Notes under the pieces: model-generated
Databases searched by the model: none
Seen by the model: only the letters and a program-made list of their open reading frames with translations
Told to the model about the DNA's origin: nothing
Part shown: positions 40,316 to 52,137 of the stretch, in pieces
How positions within the stretch are numbered: position 1 is the first letter of the stretch
How the letters are laid out: the number at the start of each line of letters is the position of its first letter
Position numbers and translations under genes: made by a program
Assembly (NCBI RefSeq): GCF_006345805.1
Contig: NC_042999.1
Coordinates: forward strand, 8,866,001 to 8,930,000
Length of the DNA stretch: 64,000 nucleotides
Direction: 5' to 3'
Origin: Octopus sinensis
Lineage: Eukaryota

Positions 40316-40549
40316 ATATTTCTTTACTGCCCACAAGGAGCTAAACACAGAAGGGACAAACAAGGACAGACAAACGGATTAAGTCGATTATATCGACCCC
40401 AGTACGTAACTGGTACTTAATTTATCGACCTCAAAAGGATGAAAGGCAAAGTCGACCTCGGCGGAATTTGAACTCAGAAAGTAACCACAAACGAAATACT
40501 GCTAAGCATTTCGCCCGGCATGCTAACCACTCTGCCAGCTCGCAGCCTT
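40316..40549 (-). mobile_element. SINE family A monomer
   Basis: Full head, core and tail. Confidence 0.9.
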
Positions 40550-41088
40550 AACGCTTTCGTTATATTTTATCTCGAGGGCTAATTGCTGTAAGGCAAAGCG
40601 TGAGTAACGATTTACTTTTGTCTTCTTATTTAATTATTCCAGAGCTGACGAGTAATTATCTCCCCGCTAGCGATATAAACAGGTGTACACTTTGCACCAA
40701 AACCCTAGATGAGAGTTTCTCTCGCGCTATCTACCACATTATAGCCTGTTCTAACATCCACGTTCAAATGGCGATATTATCTATCATTTATACGGAAAGT
40801 CATTGAAAATCGTGCAGAACTGTTTCATTAATTGACGGAAGTCGGGTGCATACGTTATTTGTTATTAGATTGTTATTTATTGAACACTTACCTTTTCAGT
40901 TTCCGTAGAACGGTCAAATTTGAGCAGAAGTATTACGCGTTGATTGAATTTTCAAATTCCTTAAACAGCACTTTTTGACGAGTATGTATGTTACACGTGG
41001 GTGAAGCTCCATTTTTACGGAGATTTAAACCCACATCTGCATTCATGAGGAAATGTATACGTGAGTGCACACAAATATATATATATAT

Positions 41089-41376
41089 AACACCGTGACC
41101 GACCAGACTATCAGATGTTGTTACACATCGCTGGTCACAATGCATTTCGCATTGTTTTAGCCTTCCAATGACGCCACCCCGCTGGCTAAGCGAGCAAGCC
41201 AACAGAATAAAGATTGGGAGAAAGAGTGGTGAAAGAGTACAGCAGGGATCGCCACCACCCCCTGCTGGAGCCTCGTGGAGCTTTAGGTGTTTTCGCTCAA
41301 TAAGCATTCACAACGCCCGGTCTGGGAATCGAAACCGCGATCCGACGACCGCGAGTCCGCTGCCCTAACCATTGCG
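41089..41376 (-). mobile_element. SINE family C, body variant 2
   Basis: Matches 18580-18891. Confidence 0.85.
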
Positions 41377-41492
41377 TATATATATATACGCAGGTTACAT
41401 ACATATAAACATATATAGGTATATAAGTATATATAGTATTGTTTAATTCTGTCATTTTTCTCGCCCATATCGATTCTCATCATTTGTACACA

Positions 41493-41685
41493 TAAGGCGG
41501 CGAGATGGTTGAATCGGTAGCACTCCAGGAGAAATGCATAGCGGCATTTCATCTGTTTTTGTGTTCTGAGCACAAATTCCGCCGAGGTCGACTTCGCCTT
41601 CCATGTTTTCGCGACTGAGTACTGAAAACGGTGTCATCGCCTTATCCTCTCCCACCTCGAACTTGTTCCAAAATTTGAGACCATG
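41493..41685 (+). mobile_element. SINE family A (diverged)
   Basis: Head and part of the core. Confidence 0.7.
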
Positions 41686-41937
41686 TTTACTTCATCAAGT
41701 TCTTTAATTCCCTACCCTTTCTTTCTCATGTTCCGTCTATATTAGCAGAGGCACAGAAGCGGACACCTGTTTCCGTAAAAGAGACAATATTTTCTTCCTT
41801 TCCCATCTCTGTTGATTCACGATATCAAATTTTCGGTATAATCTATGGGTTTATAACCCAAAACAGGAAATAAACTAACCCTAACCCTAATTGTTTTACT
41901 TCAACTGTGGACGGAAACGCAAAACAACATTTATATA

Positions 41938-42236
41938 CTGTTGTGTCTGTGGAGAGTCATTTTATTTTTGTGCCTTATAATATAACAGACTCACCGGTAA
42001 AATTTCCCCTTTTTTATTCTTATTTTTATTTTCCTAAAATCTTCGTTGCGTTTTGCAACCTTTTCAATAGTTTTGACTCTATAGTCAAATAGTCTAATAG
42101 TGAAAACTATTGAAAAGGTTGCAAGACGCAACGAAAATTTTAGGAAAATAAAAATAAGAAAACAGTGGAAATTTTACCGGTGAGTGTGTCACATTATAAG
42201 GCACAAAAAGAAAATGACTCTCCCCAGACACAACAG
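41938..42236. mobile_element. MITE-like foldback
   Basis: Arms 41938-42074 and 42103-42236 with scattered mismatches; 28-bp spacer. Confidence 0.6.
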
Positions 42237-42627
42237 AATATGCTTCAACACACGAACTCATATAAAGAATCTTGCAAACCAAATCCAAAACCGAAACATT
42301 TATATATTTTCTGCCAAAAAAAGAGACTGTTTATTTTTTTATTTATTTATATAACAATTTCAAGTTGTGTTGTGTATATCTAAGAGTGTTTTCGTGAAAC
42401 AAGGCTAAACAATTATGTCAAAATTAGATACAAAATGAGTTTTTCGAAACCAGAGTTATTCTGATTCTGTCAAGTTAATTGAAATAGATTATTGGAAAGT
42501 TTAAGGATGACCTGTAAGGGAAAAACCAAATGAAATTCAATATATTTTGAAAAACAGCCACGAAGGAACCATACTTTGTATCGATTATTGATATAAAATA
42601 AATACTTGTTGATAATAATATATAAGA

Positions 42628-43033
42628 TTACTCTTTACTCTTTACTCTTTTACTTGTTTCAGTCATCTGGCTGTGGCCATGCTGGAGCACCGCCTTTAGT
42701 CGAGCAAATCGACCCCGGGACTTATTCTTTGTAAGCCCAGTACTTATTCTATCGGTCTCTTTTGCCGAACCGCTAAGTGACGGGGACATAAACACACCAG
42801 CATCGGTTGTCAAACAATGCTAGGGGGACAAACACATACACACAAACACACACATACACATACATATGTATACATATATACGACAGGCTTCTTTCAGTTT
42901 CCGTCTACCTAATCCACTCACAAGGCATTGGTCGGCCCGGGGCTATAGCAGAAGACACTTGCCCAAGATGCCACGCAGTGGGACTGAACCCGGAACCATG
43001 TGGTTGGTTAGCAAGCTACTTACCACACAGCCA
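42628..43033 (-). mobile_element. SINE family B, full length
   Basis: Head to tail. Confidence 0.9.
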
Positions 43034-43396
43034 GTGTTCTATATCAGTGTTCAATATATATTGTACTTCACTATCTGCAGTATATTTATCGTATAGATCT
43101 GTGTTCATTCTGAAACAGCTCTACTTTTAAATTAAGTATGTCTTCTTTGATTGCAATTTCCACTTGAAATAGACCAACAAACTTCAAAATACATTGAAAT
43201 TTAATTTTGACTTACAATAACGAAATGGACATATGATCAATAATACAATAAGGAATCGATTTCTCTTAACTCATGACTTTTTGTTGTCCCAATTTCGCTT
43301 CGTTTTCATTATTCAGAATATTTGTTGGTTTTCATTGTAGTTTTGTTTCATTGTCTAAACTGCTTTTTCTCTTTCGTATGGACCGTTTTGTCACTA

Positions 43397-43790
43397 AATC
43401 TCTCTATATAAAGCTGAAGTTGTCTGTGTATTGCAGGTTTGGTAGCCTTCACCGAACACTATCTCCTCCGAGACCCTGCGGCACAAGTTGACCAAAATTG
43501 AGAGTATGATAGAAGAAGGCTTGCTCTTCCTTCCGTAGAAGGTAAAATTCAAATCGAACCATGTTAAGACCAAAAATTATTTACATCAAAAAGGTGCCTT
43601 TTTTCTATGAAAATCCCTATTTTTTTACGATTTTTTGGCTGCTGTGTCGCCGTTTTTCGGTGTATTTCAACCAGAAAAATGTTCACTTAAAGAGAATAAC
43701 AAGCTACATAATGCAAAAATTTTACTTTTCAAAAATTCCAATTCTAAAGGGTCGAAACAAACCCGATCAACACCGTGCGATACTGCTAGT
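43397..43790 (-). mobile_element. Helitron-like HINE, copy 2
   Basis: Colinear with 1171-1566, same termini. Confidence 0.6.
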
Positions 43791-44898
43791 TTAACAATAA
43801 AGGTACTGAGTTAGAATTAACATTCGACTTTCTGAAGACAAAAATGGTTTCTTCGGTTTCTTCAGCATGTGACGTGCATCTTTGTCCAATGACATACATG
43901 TTAAAATATTTTCCAAGGTTTATTTGTATGATGTCCCTTTCAAAACATTATCAGTTCCTGGTCTCAAGTGACCTATGTGGCAAGAATTAATGAGAAAGTA
44001 GACAGCATTTGTACTATTGCACCTTTTACACCAAATCAGTATGTAAGGTCACCTTCAATATTTTCTGCACGGAAACCTATTTAAATAAATTTTCCGAAAA
44101 TAACAAAACTATACTTCAGAAAGAAAGGGCTTCGCGTGATATCAGTAAATACACAGAAAGTATATAAACAGCCTCTCACAAACTATACTATGTGCTCAAA
44201 ATAAGGAAATATGTTCAATAAGGAAGGCTTTGATATAGAATTGTTTCACTATCTTAACTTTGAAATGCTGTTATTTTCATCATGTTAAGATTAACATGTA
44301 ATGGAAAACGCTCGGTATTTTCATGCAGTTCTATACATGAACATGTCCAGTGTTGGAACTGCAAACGTTCGGCACTAAGAGAACGGTTGTTCATATTTTC
44401 GCTCTATATTCTCTCACACTGACTTCATTCTCTTTTTTTTCACACTTCCTTCATCACTCAACCTTGCTACCTCTCTGACATGAAGAAGAGGAAAAAAATA
44501 AATAAAAAAAGAAAATAGTATGAGAGACCTTTTGGAAATAGAGAAATGACAAGTCTGTAATTTCAAACGGAATAATGCGAATACATGACTCAGTCTTAGT
44601 AATATGATATTCCTATGATCCATTGAGGGTTTACGGATATTCAGTTTTTAAATTTTAAATTTACATATATATAAACGTGTGCAGTGGTTAATCAGTTATC
44701 AACTGGGGGTGGAAGTCTTGTTTGTATGTGAATATCTATGTGTGGAGAGGATGTATTGGAATGTACACAACACTGTGACTAGGAAATGTAATCGTTTGTC
44801 AGATACAGAGTGTTCTAGAATTGAGTATATATGACATCATGTGTGTACGTGTGTGGAACAAAGGTGTTGACAGATGTTTCGTATTTGCGAATGAAGGT

Positions 44899-44947
<49 letters not shown>

Positions 44948-45316
44948 AGTGTGCATGTACGAGTGTCCATGTACGTGTGTGTTTGTGTGAGTTTGGTTGT
45001 GAGAAGTGTATACATTCACTTGCAAAGCTCTTTTGCTTTCCTTTTTCCTTCATCGATTCGATCCATCAATCTCTGACATGTCTCTTTAAAAGACGCAAAA
45101 CTTTCGCTTTATTTCTCTGTCACGTTTTCTTTTTTCATTATTCTCTTCTTCTCACTCTTCACTATTTCAGCTGCGCGTTGTACATGTTTTCCCGGACACA
45201 CACACGTGTATATATATATATATATATATGTATATGTGTGTGTGCGTGTGTGTGTGTGTGTCTGTGTCTGTGTCTGTGTCTGTGTGTCTGTGTACGTATG
45301 TGTGTGTGTGTGTATG

Positions 45317-45358
<42 letters not shown>

Positions 45359-45377
45359 TATATATATATATATATAT

Positions 45378-45915
45378 AATGTGAAATAGAAAGATGAATA
45401 ATCTTGTAGTAGATTAATCAAAAGTTTAACCGATACCTTAGTAGCAAAAATCACAGCAGTAAACAGCACGGTTGGAGGTACAACCATCTGGCGTTGCAAC
45501 CGTGCGTTGGTGCGGATAATTGAAATTAAAACATTATTGGTGAATTGAAGAAATGGAGCTGAACGCAGATTGAACAGAAATCGTTTTATTTCATTCTACA
45601 CGTGTTTCGAAAGGCACAAATTACCAAAATCCGATTGAATAATGGGACCATATTGTGTCTTTCTCTTCAGGAAGAAAAAAGGAAATCCGTTGGAAAAACC
45701 AAAAACAGAACAGAGGCGGAGCAAAAAACAAATCGAACTGTGCTCCTAAGAGCCCATGGCGAAACTGTTTATCAGTGTATGTTGAGAACCGGTGGCTGAA
45801 GAATTCAACGGGTCAGGCATCGGTCAATCATGTGGGTGAGGTGTATAGATGTTCTTTGTGACCGAGAATAAAGTTCTGACTATTTAAGGAATATTGGATG
45901 TTTTATAAGGGGCGA
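45378..45915 (-). mobile_element. Longer, non-inverted copy of the 13.3-kb HHR element
   Basis: 45378-45720 is near-identical to 13358-13686; the 5' extension is unique here; 3' end in (TA)n. Confidence 0.7.
45591..45676 (-). ncRNA. Type I HHR, intact core
   Basis: TTCTTC-CTGAAGA-GAAAGACAC..GTGCCTTTC-GAAAC-ACGT-GTA-GAATGA; ACACGTGT palindrome. Confidence 0.8.
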
Positions 45916-46438
45916 GAAAAAAATACTTAGAGACGTGTGTGTGTGTATACTGTTCTATATATGTGTGTGTTGGCGTAGGGGTAGAAAACATTTTTTTGTA
46001 CGTGTGTGCGTTTGATCGTTCGGCTGTCAGTGGCTACTGCCGTGATAACCGTTGGGTGGCAGAAAGAAAAAAATAAAAAATATATATATATTATGTTTTA
46101 TGTGTGGTGTGTTCATCTAAGCCTGCCTTGTCAAGGAAACCCCCCGCTGTGAAAAAACCAAGCCCCGTTTGTCTTACAGGAGTAATTCCCCTTGCAGTGG
46201 TTAATCGTAGATATCTTAAGGCTATTTCAGAATTTGTTACCAAGGCTATGGGTGCCGGTATTATTTATAAACGCTATTTAAAGGCCAATAAGTGTAACGC
46301 CGCCAATGGGGGCATCGAAAAGCCGACTGTAAGAGCCCGTTTACCATCCGGCCTCTGGCAACAAAATATGGAAGAGTTCGGAGACACAAGGTTGCACTGT
46401 CTTCTGCCCCTATCTGTTGCTTCTTTTCGCTTATATAT

Positions 46439-46527
<89 letters not shown>

Positions 46528-46529
<2 letters not shown>

Positions 46530-47030
46530 AATTAAGGACTGAACACGAAAAGTGGACAGTCAACATGCTAGATATAGACGTCAAATCGCCATTCTCCACA
46601 AAAAGTCTATGTTCTCAGATCAAACTCGACACAAAACCAAAGCAATAAACAAGTGAAAAATATACGAAATAAATATTTACCCATGTACTAAATTTAGTTT
46701 CGGCTGTTATTTTCCGCAAGGAAAAGTGCAGCCATCATCATCATCATCAAGTGTAATAGGCCATACTCCATGCACGCGATATTTCGGTATCGTGTTGGCA
46801 TTTAGTACAGCAAATTACATTTTATATGGGACCATGCTGATGATGGCTGCACTTTTCCTTGCGGAAAATAACAGCCGAAACTAAATTTAGTACATGGGTA
46901 AATATTTATTTCGTATATTTTTCACTTGTTTATTGCTTTGGTTTTGTGTCGAGTTTGATCTGAGAACATAGACTTTTTGTGGAGAATGGCGATTTGACTG
47001 TCCACTTTTCGTGTTCAGTCCTTAATTGGT
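46528..47030 (+). mobile_element. Foldback HHR element in (TA)n
   Basis: Arms 46528-46740 and 46838-47030; 97-bp spacer. Confidence 0.75.
46832..46897 (+). ncRNA. Type I HHR, canonical core
   Basis: CCATG-CTGATGA-T-GGCTG-(22 nt)-CAGCC-GAAAC-TAAATTTA-GTA-CATGG; 12-nt palindrome ACTAAATTTAGT. Confidence 0.88.
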
Positions 47031-47325
47031 ATATATAAATATTTTAATCTTCGGATTCTTTCTTTAATATGCTAGACCACTGGTTCTAATTGATAAATAT
47101 CAATTTTTACCCTAAATTTAATTTTATATATATATATATAATAATAAATATTAGGGAATAAATCCAAATTTACAGGGAAAAATCAGATTTAGGATTGAAT
47201 CCAATTTTATAGTAAAATATTATATTATATTAAATTAGAGACAAAACCACTATTATGCAAATCAAACAAAGAAAGACTTAAGCCAATACATAAAATAATT
47301 TATATAAATTAAATTTAATTAAAAT

Positions 47326-47379
47326 AACCACTACGATCGTTTCGTGTCAGCACTTCTATGAGACATTCTTCAGGTGGTT
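47326..47379 (-). ncRNA. Type I HHR
   Basis: AACCAC-CTGAAGA-A-TGTC-(13 nt)-GACA-C-GAAAC-GATC-GTA-GTGGTT. Confidence 0.75.
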
Positions 47380-47431
47380 TCAAAACCTCCTTTGCAAGTT
47401 TTAAACTATGAACTTGCAAAGAAGGTTTTGA

Positions 47432-47484
47432 AACCACCTGAAGATGTCTCATAGAAGTGCTGACACGAAACGATCGTAGTGGTT
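47432..47484 (+). ncRNA. Type I HHR (inverted partner)
   Basis: AACCAC-CTGAAGA-TGTC-(13 nt)-GACA-C-GAAAC-GATC-GTA-GTGGTT; ACGATCGT palindrome; 6-bp helix I. Confidence 0.75.
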
Positions 47485-47612
47485 ATTTTAATTAAATTTA
47501 ATTTATATAAATTATTTTATGTATTGGCTTAAGTCTTTCGTTGTTTGATTTGCATAATAGTGGTTTTGTCTCTAATTTAATATAATATATATATATATAT
47601 ATATATATTATA

Positions 47613-47682
<70 letters not shown>

Positions 47683-47852
47683 ATATATATACAAACAATT
47701 ATAAATAAGGTCATAAGAAGTTTTTTTTCTTTTGCCCTTATTTATAATTGTGTTTATAATTTTCACCTTAAAAGGTAAGTTCATATTTGGCTACTGAAAA
47801 GATGATAATATTATCCTTATACTAGTAGTAGTAATGTGTGTATATATATATT

Positions 47853-48275
47853 ATTGGCATCATTTTTGTCTCGGGAGACAATGGAGTTGCGCATAAAAAA
47901 TAATCTAGTCCGGCTTTTACATTTCCTGTCCTAACACATCTCCTGCTGTGGCTGTGTAGTCCTACCCTAGACAAACACTCCCTCTGGCAGTTGCCGCAAA
48001 TGTAACGAAGACATTGCCTGGCTGGTTGAAATGTCATACTTTCTTGTTGACGTCTTTTCTTGTCTTTCCAATTCTCCTTTCCCTCTATGTCACTCCTTTG
48101 TGTTCCCTCTTTTACGGTACCTCGTCAATCTCCACGGTTGCTGGCAACTGCTTCCGAGTTGCTAATATTGATGTTGCAGGCCTTCATGTCCCTTTTGCAA
48201 ACATCCTTGTATCGTAAGAACGGTCTTCCCACAGACCTAGTGCCCCTAGCAATCTCTCCGTAGAGTGTGTCCTAT
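47853..48275 (-). mobile_element. RTE (BovB-like) LINE 3' fragment
   Basis: Homologous to 25135-25560; C-terminal CGNCQRECLSRVGLHSHSRRC zinc finger. Confidence 0.9.
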
Positions 48276-48828
48276 CTTGAGATATTTTTATCAATGAAAT
48301 TGAAGGGATATGAAAAGCACAGCAACGTAAATTAAATATTCGTCTTCAGAGAATCATTTCCATCTAAAGTTCAAGTTAGTAGTGAAGAGAGAAAAACAAT
48401 ATCGTCCATAGTACTTGAATGCGGCGAACCAAAAGACATGCCGCAAATAAATGTGCTATCATTTAAATACTAAAGTTTTCATGCAATTCTAAACCATTCT
48501 CAATAATAATCGAATGACTAAAATCCACAGTGAGTACTAAATCAAACAGAAAGGTGAACGAGGTACGTGGCATTCGGTTTTAAGTAATGCCGAGTAAACC
48601 GTTCTATATATTCGTTGTGTAAGCTAGAGTGAGACCCTTACGGAAACTCTACTGAGATATTTTCGAGTGATACTCATGTGTGATACTCTGACAATGACTA
48701 TCGTTACATAATTGTCATGTAAACCAAAGCGATACTCTCGTAGATGGAGTTGAATGATACGCTACTGTAATACTCAAGCGGAGTAGATAAATAGATAGTT
48801 GTCTTCCTAGGCAGAGTGATACTCTTGC

Positions 48829-49018
48829 GCTGGCAGAATCGTTAGCACGCCGGCCGGAATGCCTAGCGTTCTGAGTTCAAATTCCGCCGAGGTCGACTTT
48901 GCCTTTCATCCTTTCGGGGTCGATTAAATAAATACCAGTTACGCACTGGGGTCGATGTAATCCTTGTTTGTCCCTTCTGTGTTTAGCCCCTTGTGGGTAG
49001 TAAAGAAATAGGTTATTT
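48829..49018 (+). mobile_element. SINE family A
   Basis: Head, core and tail with small deletions. Confidence 0.85.
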
Positions 49019-49129
49019 CGATATGAAACACGCCTGGAGTGAAAACTTGTGTATTTGTCTCGTTAGCCAGAGTTTTCCGATTCGACTCAATAGTTATTGA
49101 AAAATGTAAAATAAAAAAAATATATAATA

Positions 49130-49330
49130 GCACTTCGTCGGTTACGACGGTGAGTAATCTAGGTGATCCGATCGACGACCGAAGAGACTGATCCTGAAAT
49201 TAACATGCAAGTGGCTGAGAAATCCACAGACGTGCGTAGCCTTAACGTAATTCTCAGGGAGATTTAGCGTGACACAGTATGTAACAAGACTGGCCCTTTT
49301 GAATTACCGGTACAACTCATTTTACCAACC
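49130..49330 (-). mobile_element. SINE family C1, 3' body fragment
   Basis: Diverged match to 27660-27810. Confidence 0.75.
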
Positions 49331-49426
49331 GAACTGACTGAATCAACATGAAATGGAGTGCCTTGGTTAAGGACACAAGGCTTTGCCACTGATCGAACTT
49401 TCCACCTTACATCGTAAGTCGAATAT

Positions 49427-49832
49427 CTATTTCTTTATTACCCACAAGGGGCTAAACACAGAAGGGACAAAGAAGGACAGACAAACGGATTAAGTCGATT
49501 ATATCGACCCCAGTGCGTAACTGGTACTTATTTAATCGACCCCGAAAGGATGAAAGGCAAAGTCGACCTCAGCGGAATTTGAGCTCAGAACGTAACGGCA
49601 GACGAAATACCTGTTTCTTTACTACCCACAAGGGGCTAAACACAGATGGGACAAAGAAGAACAGACAAGCAGATTAAGTCGATTATAGCGACACCAGTGC
49701 GTAACTGGTACTTATTTAATCGACCCCGAAAGGATGAAAGGCAAAGTCGACCTCGGAGGAATTTGAACTCAGTACGTAGCGGCAGACAAAATACGGCTAC
49801 GCATTTCGCCCGGTGTGCCAGCTCGCCGCCTT
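49427..49832 (-). mobile_element. SINE family A dimer
   Basis: Same junction as the other multimers. Confidence 0.9.
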
Positions 49833-50003
49833 CTTACATCATAGGTCGAATACCGTTAACCACTAAGTCACGCGCCCTCATTCGAAAATTTAAACACACA
49901 CACACACAAGCACATACACGCATACACATACACGCACGCACACACTCATTCACATACACATACTTAAGCACATGAGTGAGGTGATTGTGTGAGTTCTTGC
50001 ATG

Positions 50004-50041
<38 letters not shown>

Positions 50042-50639
50042 TGTGTGTGTCCACATCCAGGTATGTGTTCCTGTCTGTGTTTATCTTTCCTAGTTTAAAA
50101 ACCGGTTTTACATCAAAATGGTCGCTTAATATTTCTATAATTATTGATTGATAAAATAAGTGCAGGGATCGATATGGTTGACTACAAGCCTTGCATGTTT
50201 TGCCCTACACAAAAAACAAAGCTGTTGTTTTATTCTGGCCATTCCAGTTTGAGGAGATTGTTCACGTGAGATGCTGTTCACGTGAGAATTCCATTGTGTT
50301 TAATTATTGTGTTTTTGTGGTACTGAAGATGTTTAGGTTGTCATGTTTCTATGAAATATACTCCGAGTACATACATACATGCAGTCATACATACATATAT
50401 ACATACATACATACATACATGCATACATACATACATACACACATACATACATGGTGGCTGCCCCCTCGTTATCGAGTATGGCCATTGCACGAAGCTTAAT
50501 CAATGTTGTTATCGTGCAATGCCGGCGCAAGAAGATTTTTTTTAAAGTGAGGAAAGGCTGTGCACTGAGTCAATCCCACTCACTAAGCAACAGCAGCCAT
50601 AATCCGAAAAGAAGAACAAGTCAACATCATCGGTAACCA

Positions 50640-51003
50640 CTGAGCTGCAGGTTTTATGTCGGAGTTGTCCCAGTTACCTGAGTTCCCTTCTCCTAGAAGG
50701 ATGCCCTAACAAAGGCTAGGAGTCCTTCACTCCCAATGGTTTAACCGCGCGATCGGGTATTCAATCCGATTATTTCTATGTCCCCGCACATGATACAGCT
50801 TTAAGATATTTATTGGATGGCCGTTGATTCTCAAGAGTTCCTCCGCCCTTTGACGGGTTTTGTTTTTCATCCCGCAGGGTGTCCAATAAACACCCTCCTC
50901 ACCAAGCAAGCTTGGTGGGGTTGCCGGTTTAGTCGCCGACGATCCGACCATGCAATAGGTTGTACTGGGTTACATGTTACCAGTAGCACTCGAAAGTGAC
51001 CTG
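50640..51003 (-). mobile_element. Hairpin-rich non-coding element with an RTE-type 5' UTR-like motif
   Basis: GGCATCCTTCTAGGAGAAGGGAACTC (50680-50706, -) resembles RTE 5' UTR sequence from recall; five or more short hairpins; abuts (TACA)n. Confidence 0.4.
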
Positions 51004-51077
51004 ACATACATACATACATACAAACATGCATACGTACATACGTACGAACGTGTGTATTTATGTAGAGATGTAATGTT

Positions 51078-51288
51078 TTCAAATTTTGGCACCAGGCCAA
51101 CAATTTCGGGGATGCGGGTATGTCGATTTCATCGACCCCAATTTTCAAATGGTACTTGTTTTACTGACCCTGAAAGGACGAAATGAAAAGTCGACAACGG
51201 CAGAATTTGAACTCAGAACGTAAGGATGGACGAAATGCCGCTAACCTTTTTGTCTGGCGTGATAACGATTTTGCCAGCTTGCCGCCTT
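51078..51288 (-). mobile_element. SINE family A (variant tail)
   Basis: Head and core. Confidence 0.8.
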
Positions 51289-52102
51289 ATGTAGTGTTAT
51301 TATAAAACCAATTTTATATTACCCGAAAGGTTGTTAAATCAAGCACCGTTTTAAACTATTCTGATAACATTGAAAAACAAGCGCAAGATGGACGCTCAAA
51401 CGATTGACTATTGACGTCGTAATCTGAAGATATTTATTTGTCGTTGCCCCATTATGAAAACTTCAGATCCATAAAAGTTACTGAGGCCCATGTAGCATAA
51501 GACAAAACGATGAAAAATGCATCATCCGATTGGCAGCAAAAATCTACGCACCCTTGGTATTCAAGCATAATTTTGTAGCGTTCGTTCAGGGGAAGCATTT
51601 GCTATTTTTTTGTGTCTTCTCCGTCATATTTCTTCTCGCAGTTCCTAATAAATTTAAAAGAAAAAGCAATAGATTATTATTTTAATGAGACTGCTTCCGA
51701 AAAGTGGTGAATATTTTAGACACATCGATCGAAATTCGAATCTTAATATAGAGACACCACTACAGCCAAATACACCGTTAAACTCATCCAGTCGGCGGTT
51801 CAATTCCAATAAATTATGTGTTTAATCTCATCGTATTTTCTTTTTGTTTTTGAGATCAGATTTCTTGTATTGAAATTCATATACAGGTACAAATATATGC
51901 GTTTAGCTATATGAATATTTTATCTGTGTAAACACGCACGTACACAAACTTATACACATATATGTATATATATATATATATATAATATATATATAAAGTT
52001 AATCCAAACAAGAAAACACAAAAAACAAAAAAACACAACAACGCGAGGACGTGGAACAAATAAAGTATTATTGGACGCTCAGGAAAGAAGGGAAGAAGGA
52101 GG

Positions 52103-52137
52103 GTTTGACGTTTCGAGCGGAGCTCTTCGTCGGAAAC
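52103..52137 (-). ncRNA. Minimal HHR (CCGACGA variant) in PLE-like remnant 51996-52208
   Basis: GTTT-CCGACGA-A-GAGC-TCC-GCTC-GAAAC-GTC-AAAC; perfect 4-bp helices I and II; (TA)n on both sides. Confidence 0.7.

Larger units (their letters stand above)
47143..47590 (-). mobile_element. Foldback element carrying an HHR in each arm
   Basis: Arms about 47222-47396 and 47411-47590; unpaired tail 47143-47221; (TA)n on both sides. Confidence 0.75.

Noticed and set aside
41876-41890. Telomeric (TAACCC)n
   Set aside because: Only 2.5 units; not an interstitial telomere.
51420-51470. CTGAAGA..GAAAACTTCAGAT
   Set aside because: A simple inverted repeat; helix I fails.
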